The notes: a model not told the origin generated them from the letters alone. A stretch of 63,934 nt of DNA from Planctomycetota bacterium (GCA_020425695.1 JAGQRE010000006.1:1-63934), one strand, 5' to 3'. Positions 20,255-31,067 are shown, counted from the stretch's first letter. Program-made: numbers and translations.

Positions 20255-21875
20255 GCGAGCCGGAAAACGTGACTGGCGCACCCCGCTGCTGCTGACACTA
20301 AGCGTTCACCTGATGGTGTTCACGCTGGCGATCAACCACCGCCTGTTCAGCATGATCGAAGAGCCGTTGCCCGGCCCCTACGTCATGAAGGTCAGCGACA
20401 TCATCGGCTCGGACCCGGAAGAAGAGAAGCAGGAGAACGACCCGGGTGCGGCGCCGGGCGAAGTTTCAGAGACCTCAAGCCCGGCCAGCGCGAGCGTCAG
20501 CCAGGCCTTCAACAAACTCGAGACCGCCGAGATCGAACCTCGGCCTGAGCGCGACAAGCCGACGACAGATGCCAGTGACGAAACAGCGCCGACGACAGAT
20601 GGCCGCACGCTGGCCGAGCGCCTGCAGGCGTCACTGGACGTGGCCGGCGGCGGAGGCAGTGATGAAGGCAGTGTCGGTCTCGGGGGCGGCGGTAGTCACG
20701 GGCTGCGCGGTGAGGGCAAGCATGGCGTCGGGCTGAAGCGCCACGGCGGCTCAGGCGAAACAGAAGATGCAGTACACATGGCGCTGGGCTGGCTGGTGTC
20801 GGTACAGGACCTCGACGGCAAGTGGGACTCTGACAACTACATGACCCATTACCTGCCAAGCGCATCTCCCGGCGAACGAGGCGCCGAAGGCATTGGGCTC
20901 GCTCGCAACGACATCGGGTTGACTGGCTTGTGTATGCTCGCGTTCACCGGTGCAGGCTACAGTGACCAGTCCGGCAGTTACAAAACCACCGTAAAGCACG
21001 CGCGGGAGTTTCTGTTGTCTGAGCAACGTGTGGCCGACGGCGGCTTCGGGCTCGATGACAACTCTCATCAGGTAACGATGTATGCCCACACGCTGGCAAC
21101 CTTCGCGATCACTGACCTGTACCTTGTTACCGGTGATGAGAGTTTGCGAACGCCGATGCGCCGCGCTCTTGAGTACTTGCTCAGTATGCAGGGGCCGGGC
21201 GGCGGCTGGGACTATGACCAGCGCTACCCCAGCAAACGCGAAAGCTGGGAGCCGTCCACCCGCGACGACCTTTCGATCTCCGGTTGGGCCATCCTCGCAT
21301 TAGTCGCGGCGCGTGAAGCCAACTTTGAAATCCCGCAGGACAACCTGGATCGACTCGCCCAATTCTTAAAGGATTGCACTCGCAAGGACGGGCAGGCCGT
21401 ATACGCCGACGAAGGCACGCGCTCAGGCCACCGGGGTATGGCCATGCTGGCCGCGAGCAACGTCTGCCGGCGCTTGCTCGGCGAACCGAACGATTCCTGG
21501 GTGCAGCAGAAGCAGCTTGAGAAAATCAGCAAGGAGCCGCCAAGCTGGTCCCGCGCAAACGACCTCAACGGCAGCAACATGTACTACTGGTATTACGGCT
21601 CAGTCTCGATGCTGCTCTCGAAAGACACGTCCGGTGGCGAAGACCGCTGGCGGCAATGGAATATCGCGCTGAAGCGCACACTGCTCGACAACCAGGTGAA
21701 GTCTGGCGCGCGGCGCGGCAGCTTTGACCCGGTCGGTCACTGGGCAAAGAACGGCGGCGGGCGCGTTTATGCCACGGCCATCTGTGCACTGAACCTTGAG
21801 ATCTACTACCGGTATGAACCGGAGTATCTGCGGGTACGCGCAAACGAATTGAACTACCTGTGGGCGGACGACTAG
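20247..21875 (+). CDS. Prenyltransferase/squalene-cyclase-repeat (alpha-alpha toroid) protein
   Basis: One N-terminal TM helix, then repeated Q/GGW-type units (DGKWDSD, DGGFGLDD, GGGWDYDQ, ISGWAILAL). It overlaps the upstream gene by 8 nt. Confidence 0.55.
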   Translation: MTKRAGKRDWRTPLLLTLSVHLMVFTLAINHRLFSMIEEPLPGPYVMKVSDIIGSDPEEEKQENDPGAAPGEVSETSSPASASVSQAFNKLETAEIEPRPERDKPTTDASDETAPTTDGRTLAERLQASLDVAGGGGSDEGSVGLGGGGSHGLRGEGKHGVGLKRHGGSGETEDAVHMALGWLVSVQDLDGKWDSDNYMTHYLPSASPGERGAEGIGLARNDIGLTGLCMLAFTGAGYSDQSGSYKTTVKHAREFLLSEQRVADGGFGLDDNSHQVTMYAHTLATFAITDLYLVTGDESLRTPMRRALEYLLSMQGPGGGWDYDQRYPSKRESWEPSTRDDLSISGWAILALVAAREANFEIPQDNLDRLAQFLKDCTRKDGQAVYADEGTRSGHRGMAMLAASNVCRRLLGEPNDSWVQQKQLEKISKEPPSWSRANDLNGSNMYYWYYGSVSMLLSKDTSGGEDRWRQWNIALKRTLLDNQVKSGARRGSFDPVGHWAKNGGGRVYATAICALNLEIYYRYEPEYLRVRANELNYLWADD

Positions 21876-22093
21876 TCAGGTTTTTCGTCCCGCCACCTTT
21901 ACATCCAACGCGAATTCATCCAAAAAGCTAAGTCCGTCCACGGACGGCGGTTCTCCCCTCGGCGGCTTCCACCCAATGGACCAACGGCGGCCGAGCGGAG
22001 TGCCGAAACAGCACACCGTTGCCTCAGGCGAGGCGGCGGGAAGCTGCCCAAGTGGCGCTGCTCAGGCAACGCCAAAGCAACAGGAGCCGTTGG

Positions 22094-22753
22094 ATGCTGC
22101 AACTCGTACCGACTCGTGCGTTCTTCACCAAGGGCGTAGGGATTCACAAGGACTATCTCGCAAGCTTCGAAGACGCATTGCGCGACGCCGGCATTGCCGC
22201 GCTGAACGTCGTCACAATCAGCTCGATCATGCCTCCGGGCTGCAAGATCGTCCCGAAGAAGGCCGGGCTGAAAGAACTTCATGACGGGCAAGTCGCCTTC
22301 TGCGTCATGTCGCGCCAGGCCACCAACGAGTACCGCCGCATGATTGCTGCCAGCGTCGGCGTCTCCATACCAAAGGACCCGACGAAGTTCGGCTACCTGT
22401 CTGAGTACCACACATACGGCGTGAACGACCAACAGGCCGGCGACTACGCTGAAGACCTTGCCGCCAGCATGCTCGCCACGACCATGGGCCTGCCCTTCGA
22501 CCCAAGCAAAGCCTGGAACGAACGCAAACAGGAGTGGAAGCTCGGCGGCGAAATCGTCACCACGCGCAACGTCACGCAGTCAGCCGAAGGTCCGAAGGAC
22601 ATGTGGGCTACGGTGATCGCGGCCTGTGTCTTCATCTTCGACAACTGGCAGGTTACGCCCGACCAGCTCAAGGCGCTGAACGCCGGGCACCAGGGGTTGC
22701 GTGTGCCGGAGCTTGCAAACCCGAAGCCGAAGCGCGCCAAGAAGAAGAAGTAG
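22094..22753 (+). CDS. pdaD: Pyruvoyl-dependent arginine decarboxylase
   Basis: FFTKGVGIHKDYLASFEDALRDAGIAALNVVTISSIMPP contains the Ser-Ser self-cleavage site. The start is placed at ATG 22094 inside ORF 22019. Confidence 0.8.
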   Translation: MLQLVPTRAFFTKGVGIHKDYLASFEDALRDAGIAALNVVTISSIMPPGCKIVPKKAGLKELHDGQVAFCVMSRQATNEYRRMIAASVGVSIPKDPTKFGYLSEYHTYGVNDQQAGDYAEDLAASMLATTMGLPFDPSKAWNERKQEWKLGGEIVTTRNVTQSAEGPKDMWATVIAACVFIFDNWQVTPDQLKALNAGHQGLRVPELANPKPKRAKKKK

Positions 22754-22817
22754 GAAGGTTCAACAAACGGCCGGCGTTCGGTTTAACCGGACGCCGGCCT
22801 TGGTATGAAAGAACATC

Positions 22818-23732
22818 ATGGGAACAAAGCTGACAGACTTGCTCGTCACCGACGACGACAATTTCTTCGGGCTTGAGCCTGAGCTGGCAACGCTTGAGCG
22901 CGCGCGCTTTGTGGTCATGTCTGCGCCTTACGAAGGCACGGTGAGCTATGGCAAGGGCACGGGTGCCGGTCCGGAAGCGATCCGCCTGGCGAGCCAGCAA
23001 GTTGAACTGTTTGATGAGATCACCGGCGAAGAACACATCCCGCGCCACGGCGTTGCCACGTTGAAAGCCTTCGACCCGAATTGCACCGCCGAAGAAATGA
23101 CCATCGGCCAGATCTACCCGGCCACACAACAGATTCTCGAAGCGGGCAAGTTCCCGATCCTGATCGGTGGCGAGCATTCCGTTTCACCGGGCGCAGTCAA
23201 AGCCGTGGCCGAGCGCGTGCCGGACTTGAGTGTGTTCCACATCGACGCCCACAGCGACATGCGTGAAGCCTACCACGACGACCCGTACAGCCACGCCAGC
23301 GCGGCGGCACGCATCAACGAATGGTGCCCGATTGTGCAGGTCGGCATTCGCTCACGGGAAAAGTTCGAAGCCGGGCACCCCGACCGCCCGGTGCACTGCT
23401 ATCACGCCTGGGATCACCACACGGAAGGCCCATGGATTGAAGAGGCCGTGGGCAAACTCAGCCGTAACGTCTACCTGACCATCGACGTGGACGGCTTCGA
23501 CCCAAGCGTCTTTCCCGGCACCGGCACACCCGAGCCGGGCGGGCTGACCTGGTACCTCGGTCTGAAGATCATCCAGAAGATCGCCCAAAGCCGAAACATC
23601 GTAGGCTTCGACATTGTTGAAGTAGCCCCAACCGAAGGCCAGCAAGTAAGCGAATTCGCCGCAGCAAGGCTGATGGGGCGAATCATCGCGTTCATCTCAC
23701 ACTACTGCTGGAGAGCCGAAGGCGCGGTCTAG
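22818..23732 (+). CDS. speB: Agmatinase (arginase family)
   Basis: Blocks LIGGEHSVS, HIDAHSDM and YLTIDVDGFDP. Confidence 0.85.
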   Translation: MGTKLTDLLVTDDDNFFGLEPELATLERARFVVMSAPYEGTVSYGKGTGAGPEAIRLASQQVELFDEITGEEHIPRHGVATLKAFDPNCTAEEMTIGQIYPATQQILEAGKFPILIGGEHSVSPGAVKAVAERVPDLSVFHIDAHSDMREAYHDDPYSHASAAARINEWCPIVQVGIRSREKFEAGHPDRPVHCYHAWDHHTEGPWIEEAVGKLSRNVYLTIDVDGFDPSVFPGTGTPEPGGLTWYLGLKIIQKIAQSRNIVGFDIVEVAPTEGQQVSEFAAARLMGRIIAFISHYCWRAEGAV

Positions 23733-23743
23733 AGAGCCTGCGG

Positions 23744-25270
23744 TTATCTCATGTCCAGTCGGTACAACGCGTACTCGGTTGAGTCTTCGCGGTCTTGTCG
23801 GTCGGTGCGGATGACCGACTTTGCCCAGATATCGTTGCCTATGCGGCAGAGCTTTTCCCAGGATTCGTTATCTCCGCGAGGAGGCTGAAGCAGAACGAAT
23901 TGTCCGTCCCGCTCCCAGTACAGTTTGCCGAAGCTCTGCAGAAACAGGGCTGGGCTGCGCCCGTACACAACCGCCCGGGTCAGGTCTACCTCTTGGGGTA
24001 CATCGTATGCCTTCAGTTTACCGGTGTCGCTTGCCAGTTCGTACAGTGTTGAGGCGCGTCCCTTAAGGAAGTACAGATGCTCTGCGTCAAAGGTGGTTAC
24101 ATACTCCAGCGGCGCAGCGCTCTTACCTTCGCGCCAACCATCCATGGTGAGGGCGAACAACTTGCCGGAACGAACCGTATAGTTCGCCCCTGGACTTTTG
24201 GAACGCCAGCTCGGTCTCACCATCAGTACCTCAGCAGCACTCTCAGGACCCGCACGGAAGAAGGTGTCCTCAGCATCTATGGGCAATCCAACACGAGCCC
24301 AAACCCCTTCATCCAGTTGGTACAGCCCACCCTTGGTTGCAGCCCACAACTTGCCATCAAGCACCGTCCAGAGCGTGTCGTTGGGAACCATGGGGACAGG
24401 AAACTCGTCGGTCACCAGCACGCGCTTACCGTCATGCCACTTAGCAATCCGGAGATATTTGTAGGGACTGGACCGTCCGTCACCGCTGTAGAACTCGTAA
24501 AGCTCGTCGCGCCATACCAAGTAGTGGACCCCTTCTCTACCTGCTCCACTTGGCGATTCCGAAGTTGGCATCGCAATGCCCCTGAGTGCCAGCGCCCCTC
24601 CCTTGTCGTCCAGCTTCCACAGCCCCCATTCTTCGGAGTCCGTGAGCGGCCCGTGGAAATACAAGCACTTACTTTCGACAGCCTGAACGGATTTTACAGG
24701 CAACGTGCGCCCTGACTCATCTTCAATCACTTTGAGTTCGTCGCCGTCAACCAACGCCAAGCCCCATTTCGGTTCTGTCGACCTCAGCTTGGGCTCAGGA
24801 ACATAGGTAAGCAGCGCCTTGCCACGGTGAGAGCCGGAGGGACTAACCATCAACCTTCCGACAACTTCGTCCCCCGATTCCATTTCGACGATCTGCTGAA
24901 GCTTGTCGTTGGTGACGCGCCAAAGTTGCATTCGATCAAAAGACCGACGTTCGTTGTAGGTCCTGATGAACAACCCAACCTCTGACGGTGCGAGGTCATA
25001 CCCGTATGTTACGGCCTCTGTATTTAGTTGAAGTTGCCGCCATTCGGCCGGGAGCGACCGCCCTTCGCTATCCAACACCGGATAAGAACGTGCAGCGAGT
25101 GATCTCTCGGGCGTGTTCGATTCACTGACCGGGTCGTCGGCATTGCCGCAGAAGGACCCGGCATCGCTGACAGTCCCGTTCGGTGTGCCTGTGTTCGCGC
25201 CAGGGTCAGTTTCCGAACCACCACAAGCCGCAACGAGCCCTGCAAGAACTGCCAACAAAAGCTTCCGCAT
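23744..25270 (-). CDS. Lipoprotein of unknown function (beta-propeller-like repeats?)
   Basis: Lipobox LAGLVAAC after MRKLLLAVL. No recognisable catalytic motif. Confidence 0.45.
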   Translation of the reverse strand: MRKLLLAVLAGLVAACGGSETDPGANTGTPNGTVSDAGSFCGNADDPVSESNTPERSLAARSYPVLDSEGRSLPAEWRQLQLNTEAVTYGYDLAPSEVGLFIRTYNERRSFDRMQLWRVTNDKLQQIVEMESGDEVVGRLMVSPSGSHRGKALLTYVPEPKLRSTEPKWGLALVDGDELKVIEDESGRTLPVKSVQAVESKCLYFHGPLTDSEEWGLWKLDDKGGALALRGIAMPTSESPSGAGREGVHYLVWRDELYEFYSGDGRSSPYKYLRIAKWHDGKRVLVTDEFPVPMVPNDTLWTVLDGKLWAATKGGLYQLDEGVWARVGLPIDAEDTFFRAGPESAAEVLMVRPSWRSKSPGANYTVRSGKLFALTMDGWREGKSAAPLEYVTTFDAEHLYFLKGRASTLYELASDTGKLKAYDVPQEVDLTRAVVYGRSPALFLQSFGKLYWERDGQFVLLQPPRGDNESWEKLCRIGNDIWAKSVIRTDRQDREDSTEYALYRLDMR

Positions 25271-25294
25271 ATCTACGCACTCCAGCCAACAATG

Positions 25295-27559
25295 CTAAAT
25301 CGCACGAAGGATCAAGACCACGGCCGCCGCGATGCCTGCGAGTATGAACGGTGCCCACGCGATAAGGTATGTCGTCTTGCCGGCCTTGGGGGCGTTCGGC
25401 GATGCCCGGTACTCGCGGTAGCGCCGCACTAGTTCATCCGAAGCCGCGCCGAGAATCTTGCCCGCCCTGACTCTGAAGAACCAGCTCCACAGAATGCCGC
25501 TCCATAATGGCGTCAGTGCCATCAGGTAGTGCGTGGCCGATACGCTGTGTTCTGGCTCAAGCAAGCCCGGCGAGATCATGCCGATCCACGCCAGCGTCCC
25601 CATGGCGCCGAACAAAACAGCGTTGCTGGCGAAGGCGCGGGCCATGGGCGCGACCTGCTTGCGCAGCTCGGGCGTCATACGTTTGGTCAGCAAGGCCCGC
25701 ATGGCGCGATTTACTTCGCGCGTCGGGTGGCCTATTTGCGCCAGCACCCAGACACCGGCCAGCACGGTCACCAGATGCAGCATCAGCGTCCCGCGCCGGA
25801 AATCGGCCGGCATACGCTGGAGCTTCCACTCCCAGCCCGCTGTATTCATGAAAAATACGGCGAGTGCGACTACCAGTGCCACAACCATCCAGCGAAACAG
25901 CATGTCACGCCGGTCTTGGCCGGAGATCGCGTCCAGTGCGTCAAGCTTGCGATAGGTCCCTTGCTCAAGTGCTCCGACCGCCAGCGTGCACAGCAGTGCC
26001 GAACCGAACATCTGCACTGACACAATGGCCGCGGCGACGCTCCCCATCGCAATCGAATACACCAGCGTGAAGTCGGCCGCGGCGAAGTACATCCACTTTG
26101 CCCGGCGCGATGCTTCGGCGACAAAGTAGCCACGCAGGTCTTCCTGCGTGATGCCAGCTCTGCGCCAAAGCAGTAACCCGTGGGTAGCATCGAACGCCGC
26201 CCAAGGCTTGAGGACCATCCACACAACCATGGTGCCGAAGCCCAGCACAGTCAGCCCGGAAAGAACGCCCGGGTCATACAGGTGCTGTTTGAGATACAGA
26301 TTGTCGATACCGACTAGAACCACGGCCGTCGCCAGGAATGTCGAAGCGATCACCAGAAAAGCGAACGTCTTCCCCAGCAGCGAAAAGAACAGCCCTTCAT
26401 CGGCCGAGGATTCAACCTGTTCTTCGTATACCTCAAGCGCCTTCTGCAGCTCGTGAACGGTCTGGAACCGATTCTCGGCATCGGGCTCAAGGCATTTCAT
26501 CACGATGCTTTCGAGCCCGCGCGGGACGACAACTTCCGGGTTGCGGACACTAGGCGGAGGCGGCGGCTCGGTCGCGACACGACGTATGAGTTCGCTGGCG
26601 GTCGTCGCCTCATAGGGCGGATGCAGCGAAAGCAGCTCATACAGGATCGCGCCGAGACTGTAGATATCGCTGCGCTCATCGATCTTGTCGCGCTCGCCAC
26701 GGGCTTGCTCGGGCGGCATGTAGGCGGGTGTGCCGATGATGGTGCCATCAAGCGTTTCGCTGCCGGGCGTTTGCAGGCGCGTGGTCGTGATCTTGCTGAC
26801 CAGTTCCGGTTTGTCGCGCACCTTGGCCAGCCCCCAGTCCATCACCATCACTTCGCCGTAATCGCCGATCATGACGTTGTCCGGCTTGAGATCGCGGTGG
26901 ATGACGCCGCGGTCATGCGCGTAGGCCATGCAATTGAGCAACTGCCCGAAGATGTACAGGCGACGTGTAAGCGGGTATTCGCCGGGGGCGTCTTTGTCGC
27001 CCGCCCGCAAGCGGCGCAAAATACGCGCGAGGCTGTTGCCCTCAACCAACTTCATGGTGAAGAACGTGCGTCCGCCCGGCTCATGGGCAAGTTCGTGTAC
27101 AGGCACGATGTTCGGATGGCTCAGTTGGCCCGTGACCTGCGCCTCTTCAACGAAGCGCGCGATGCTGAGGCTGCCGGACCGGTCGGCACGTGTGACCTTG
27201 AGGGCTACGTCGCGCTTCAGGTCCCGGTCAAAGGCACGAATCACAACACCCATGCCGCCACGCCCGATTTCGCCCCGCAACTCGTAGCGTCGCCCGCCCA
27301 TGGCCGGCGATGCCGCGACACGCCGTGTCTCGGCCTGGCTGTCGCGCAACGTCGATGCTTCATCGCTGGCTACGTCAAGCAGCGTCTGCTGGATGTCCGG
27401 GTCGCAGTAGATTGACGGCTGCCCAATCTCGAGCAACGTTTCACCGGCATCAGGTACCGTCGCCGCATCTTCGGATGCGCTGACAACCGCTCCGCCGATC
27501 TCCAGCAGCGTTTCGCCCTCGTCTTCAGGCTTGCTTTCGGTTTCCGGCTCATCTGTCAT
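25295..27559 (-). CDS. Ser/Thr protein kinase fused to a polytopic membrane domain
   Basis: Kinase blocks GRGGMGVV, VALKV, HRDLKPDNVMI, DWGLAK and GTPAYMPPEQ, then at least 8 TM helices. The start is placed at MTDEPE (ATG 27559). Confidence 0.85.
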   Translation of the reverse strand: MTDEPETESKPEDEGETLLEIGGAVVSASEDAATVPDAGETLLEIGQPSIYCDPDIQQTLLDVASDEASTLRDSQAETRRVAASPAMGGRRYELRGEIGRGGMGVVIRAFDRDLKRDVALKVTRADRSGSLSIARFVEEAQVTGQLSHPNIVPVHELAHEPGGRTFFTMKLVEGNSLARILRRLRAGDKDAPGEYPLTRRLYIFGQLLNCMAYAHDRGVIHRDLKPDNVMIGDYGEVMVMDWGLAKVRDKPELVSKITTTRLQTPGSETLDGTIIGTPAYMPPEQARGERDKIDERSDIYSLGAILYELLSLHPPYEATTASELIRRVATEPPPPPSVRNPEVVVPRGLESIVMKCLEPDAENRFQTVHELQKALEVYEEQVESSADEGLFFSLLGKTFAFLVIASTFLATAVVLVGIDNLYLKQHLYDPGVLSGLTVLGFGTMVVWMVLKPWAAFDATHGLLLWRRAGITQEDLRGYFVAEASRRAKWMYFAAADFTLVYSIAMGSVAAAIVSVQMFGSALLCTLAVGALEQGTYRKLDALDAISGQDRRDMLFRWMVVALVVALAVFFMNTAGWEWKLQRMPADFRRGTLMLHLVTVLAGVWVLAQIGHPTREVNRAMRALLTKRMTPELRKQVAPMARAFASNAVLFGAMGTLAWIGMISPGLLEPEHSVSATHYLMALTPLWSGILWSWFFRVRAGKILGAASDELVRRYREYRASPNAPKAGKTTYLIAWAPFILAGIAAAVVLILRAI

Positions 27560-27648
27560 CGGGCAAATCTTCCACGGCGCAGCTAGCGGAAAGCACTGCA
27601 CCTTCGCGCTAAAGAAGCTTTTTGGTCTCAGTAAGTTAGCATCCTCAC

Positions 27649-28611
27649 ATGCGCAAGCGTCCATTGTTTCAAAGCGGCCCGGATGTCAGTGAGATCGGCC
27701 TGAGCCTTTCTGCCCCTCCCACCGCGTCTCTGCCGCTGAATCAGTTGGCAGTCCTCGCACCGGAAAGCGAAGACCCAGCCGTTTCCGGCGAGGACGCCAT
27801 GGCCACAGCGATCCGTCGCGCGATTGAACTCGGCGTCAACCTGATTGACACGGACTGGATCACCGCAAACGGCCACGCACAGGAAGTGCTCGGGCGGATA
27901 CTCGAAACCCAGCAACGTGAGTCGCTGATCATCACCACTAAGTCCGGCCCGCGCCTGACATTTCATGGTGCGCTCACGCTGGACAACTCGCGAGCCAACC
28001 TGATTAACCAGTGCCACGACAGCTTGTTTCGTCTGAAGACTGAGTACATCGACCTGTATCAATTGCATTGGCCGGATGACACGTCGCCGATTCAGACCGC
28101 ACGCGGGTTGCAAGACATCCAAAGCGCCGGACAAGCGAAATGGTTTGGCGTCTGCAACTACAACCTGCCACAGATCGAAGCACTGGGCGGCCACATCAAG
28201 CTGCAAACCGTACAAGCGCCGCTGAACTTGTTGAACCGCAAGGCCCTGGCCGACCTGCTGCCTTGGTGTATCGCCGGGGGCGTCGGGTTTCTGGCGTCAG
28301 ACCCATTGCTGTCCGGGCTGTTGACCGGGCGGTTCACCGGCACTGAAGAATTCACCGACGACGACCGCGACGAGTACTTCACACAGCCACACTTCGCAAA
28401 GGCGGTTGCCCTCGCGAATGACCTGAATGAGCTAGGCGATGCCACAACGTTGGCAGTCGGCTGGGCACTTGCGCAGCCCGGTGTTAGCTGTGTGCTGTGC
28501 CCGGTCGTACCGCCAGTCGTGCTCGAACGCCTAGTCCAGGCCGAGCCACTTGAGCCCGCCATGGTCAATAGCCTGGACGAGCTTGTTCGCGCACACGGCT
28601 TTATCGGCTGA
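27649..28611 (+). CDS. Aldo/keto reductase
   Basis: Blocks INLIDTD, HAQEVLG, DLYQLHWPD and GVCNY. Confidence 0.8.
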   Translation: MRKRPLFQSGPDVSEIGLSLSAPPTASLPLNQLAVLAPESEDPAVSGEDAMATAIRRAIELGVNLIDTDWITANGHAQEVLGRILETQQRESLIITTKSGPRLTFHGALTLDNSRANLINQCHDSLFRLKTEYIDLYQLHWPDDTSPIQTARGLQDIQSAGQAKWFGVCNYNLPQIEALGGHIKLQTVQAPLNLLNRKALADLLPWCIAGGVGFLASDPLLSGLLTGRFTGTEEFTDDDRDEYFTQPHFAKAVALANDLNELGDATTLAVGWALAQPGVSCVLCPVVPPVVLERLVQAEPLEPAMVNSLDELVRAHGFIG

Positions 28612-28683
28612 AGAAAGATTTGGGGTCCTGCTGGGCGCCTGCCGATTCGTATAAGTACATAGGGCCCCGTAGTTTCCCCAGAC

Positions 28684-30957
28684 ATGAACATCATGAGCCG
28701 AGCTTTTCTCTTCCTTATATTGCTGTTGCTGGCGATGCCCGCCTTTGGGCACGACATCGCCGTGTCTCAACCGGATGCGCGCGGCGGGTGGTTGCTACTT
28801 GAGAATCCACCAGGCGAAAGCGGCGAGGGCCTGTCCGAACACGCTGGCGACCCGGGCATGCCTGCCCCGGACCCGTTGGGCTGGCCGCATGGCGACGGCA
28901 GTCCGGCAGGTGGATACCCGCAGACCGAACTCTGGCATTTCGACGCAACCAAAGGCAGCTACACCCGCGCGACGCACTTTCTGTCGCCGACGAATGTCGC
29001 CTTCCAGCGTACGCTGGTGGCCGTGCTGACAATTGAAGGCCAGCCCTATGTGCTGCACTACGACCCCTACCTGACGCTCAGCAAAGGGCAGAACCAACTA
29101 CTGCGCGTGGACGACAAGTCACCAAACGCAAGCGGCAAAGTGCCAACTGACGCCATCGTCTTTTCGTCCAACGATTTCATCGATGCCCCGGCCGTGTCGC
29201 CTGACAACAAGCGCATCGCCTTTCGGGCATTCACATTCGTGGACGGCAAGTTCCTGATTACTTTGCGTGTATACGACGTGTCGGACTGGAAGCTGCTCGC
29301 TGAATCCGCGCCGCGAACTTTCGCCCGTCCCGTCTGGATCGACAACGAGAGCCTCGCCGCAATCGCGTGGGACGCCTCCGGCCTACCGCAAGCGCCGCAG
29401 CGCGATACTTCGCGGAGTTACAGCCTGGGCATCGTCGAAAGCCACACGCCGCAACCCGGCAAGCTCCTCCGCCTCGATCTTCAGGACAACGCTCTGGCAA
29501 CATCCGAACTGCTGAAGGGCGAGTTTCCGCCGGACCGTTACACCGACACCATCCAGCGTGACCCCTTCGGCCACGGCCTGATCGTCGCCCGCAAAGACGG
29601 CGACGGCGTGGTCGTTGAACTTCGAGAGCCCAAACAAGACGGCGAAACGGTTGAGGTCGCCCGCTTTGAACTCTGGCGCGGATGCAGCGTCAGCATGCAA
29701 CGCGTGCGCTTGGCCGGTGTACGAACCGTTGAGCGTGCCCGCACCTTCGTAATCAGCGACCTCTACCGCTGGGACGAAATCGAAATCCCGACGCCCGAGG
29801 GTGAAGTCCGCCGCATACTTCCCGGCGACGACAAGCTGGAGGTCAAAGACGTGTTGCTTCCGGAGTTTTCGCCGGACGGGCACGGCGGGCTGATTGACCT
29901 CGGGCGCGGAGTGCTGGGATTGCTTGAGCCGGTGATGAACCCCGACTTCGATGCGGAGACCAAGGACCGCGATAACACACAGTTGCTGCGCCACACATTG
30001 AGCATCCTGAGCTGGCCCGGTTGCGACACCATGCAGAACCCGCGCGTACTGCAAAGCCTGAGCAAGCTTGTGCGACGCTTTTCGGAAATCGGCGAGATCC
30101 GCAGCACCATCCTCGCGTTCGACATCAAGATCGCCGGCAACGGTGGACAAAACGAAAAGAACGGGCGCATGATCGAGTTGTATGGCGCGAACGGACGCAA
30201 AGGCAAAGGACGGATTCGCACCGAGGACAACCTCGGCGGAGAATGGATCGTGCAGTCAATCAGCGAGCAGAAAACCGACGCGGCGAAAGACGACTACTAC
30301 GACTGTGTGGGTGTCGGTGGAGACATGCGCAAGCGCGCCGCCGATACGGTCGGGAAGGCCTATGACGACCTGATCACACAACTTGAGGCGCGGAAGCTGC
30401 TTATCCTGACGGGCGTCGAGAAGGACGCCGACCACGGCGGTCTGACGTTCATCCGTCGCGACTACTACCGCGACCCAAACAGCGGCGCCACCTGGCGCAC
30501 ATGGGTGTTCGTGAAGTACGGAAGAGAAATAGAAGGCGGCGGGCGCGAACGCGTCATCGTTCGTTTCGTGGCCGACCTGCCGATTGGCTCGGCCGGTGAC
30601 TGGAAGTTCCCCCACGCGATAGCGCAGGTGCAATTGCGCTTCGCTCTCGCCAATGGCAAGGGCGGCGCCGACACCGAGCTGACGTTCGAACCCGACCGCT
30701 ATGTCGCCCTGCCCAACCTCGTGGATCAGGCCACGAAGCCCGAAAACAAACGTGCTCCCGACCTGCTGCTGCCGAAAGTGTTCCGGATCTACCAGCGTGA
30801 CGACAAAGGCAAGTTGATTGAGCAGCTACGCGCCACGGCCGTTACGAAAGAGTTCGACCACCCGGCACAGTTCGTGAAATCCGCCAGAATTACGCCCGGA
30901 TATGAGGTTCCCTTGGTCGCCTTCAAGAAAGAGCAATTCACCGAAAAGCAGCGTTAG
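28684..30957 (+). CDS. Large secreted protein of unknown function
   Basis: Signal peptide MNIMSRAFLFLILLLLAMPAFG. 757 aa with no recognised motif. Confidence 0.45.
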   Translation: MNIMSRAFLFLILLLLAMPAFGHDIAVSQPDARGGWLLLENPPGESGEGLSEHAGDPGMPAPDPLGWPHGDGSPAGGYPQTELWHFDATKGSYTRATHFLSPTNVAFQRTLVAVLTIEGQPYVLHYDPYLTLSKGQNQLLRVDDKSPNASGKVPTDAIVFSSNDFIDAPAVSPDNKRIAFRAFTFVDGKFLITLRVYDVSDWKLLAESAPRTFARPVWIDNESLAAIAWDASGLPQAPQRDTSRSYSLGIVESHTPQPGKLLRLDLQDNALATSELLKGEFPPDRYTDTIQRDPFGHGLIVARKDGDGVVVELREPKQDGETVEVARFELWRGCSVSMQRVRLAGVRTVERARTFVISDLYRWDEIEIPTPEGEVRRILPGDDKLEVKDVLLPEFSPDGHGGLIDLGRGVLGLLEPVMNPDFDAETKDRDNTQLLRHTLSILSWPGCDTMQNPRVLQSLSKLVRRFSEIGEIRSTILAFDIKIAGNGGQNEKNGRMIELYGANGRKGKGRIRTEDNLGGEWIVQSISEQKTDAAKDDYYDCVGVGGDMRKRAADTVGKAYDDLITQLEARKLLILTGVEKDADHGGLTFIRRDYYRDPNSGATWRTWVFVKYGREIEGGGRERVIVRFVADLPIGSAGDWKFPHAIAQVQLRFALANGKGGADTELTFEPDRYVALPNLVDQATKPENKRAPDLLLPKVFRIYQRDDKGKLIEQLRATAVTKEFDHPAQFVKSARITPGYEVPLVAFKKEQFTEKQR

Positions 30958-30997
30958 TGTGCGACCGCGTGTGTAAAGATTCCGCCAGCGCCCCCTA

Positions 30998-31026
30998 TTG
31001 ACGCTGCAAAGGAAGGCAAGTATCTA
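30998..31026 (+). promoter_or_regulatory. Candidate sigma70-type promoter for the tRNA
   Basis: TTGACG (30998-31003), a 17-nt spacer, then TATCTA (31021-31026), about 42 nt upstream of the tRNA 5' end. Confidence 0.35.
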
Positions 31027-31067
31027 TTGCCCCTCGCGCCGCAGCAAAGGCCGCGCGGATTGAAAAC

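Noticed and set aside
21934-21947. Hairpin CCGTC-CACG-GACGG in the ~215-nt leader of pdaD, considered as a guanidine-II (mini-ykkC) riboswitch
   Set aside because: There is only one hairpin, and its loop CACG does not fit the ACGR tetraloop pair required for that class.
26453-27415. Long antisense ORFs inside confident genes (e.g. 26453..27415, 4532..5332, 4857..5519, 19640..20281, 29383..30150, 40817..41548, 52299..52868, 56419..57141)
   Set aside because: These are typical high-GC shadow ORFs. They have Arg/Ala/Gly/Pro-rich low-complexity translations, no motifs and no RBS, and they fully overlap genes with strong family signatures.
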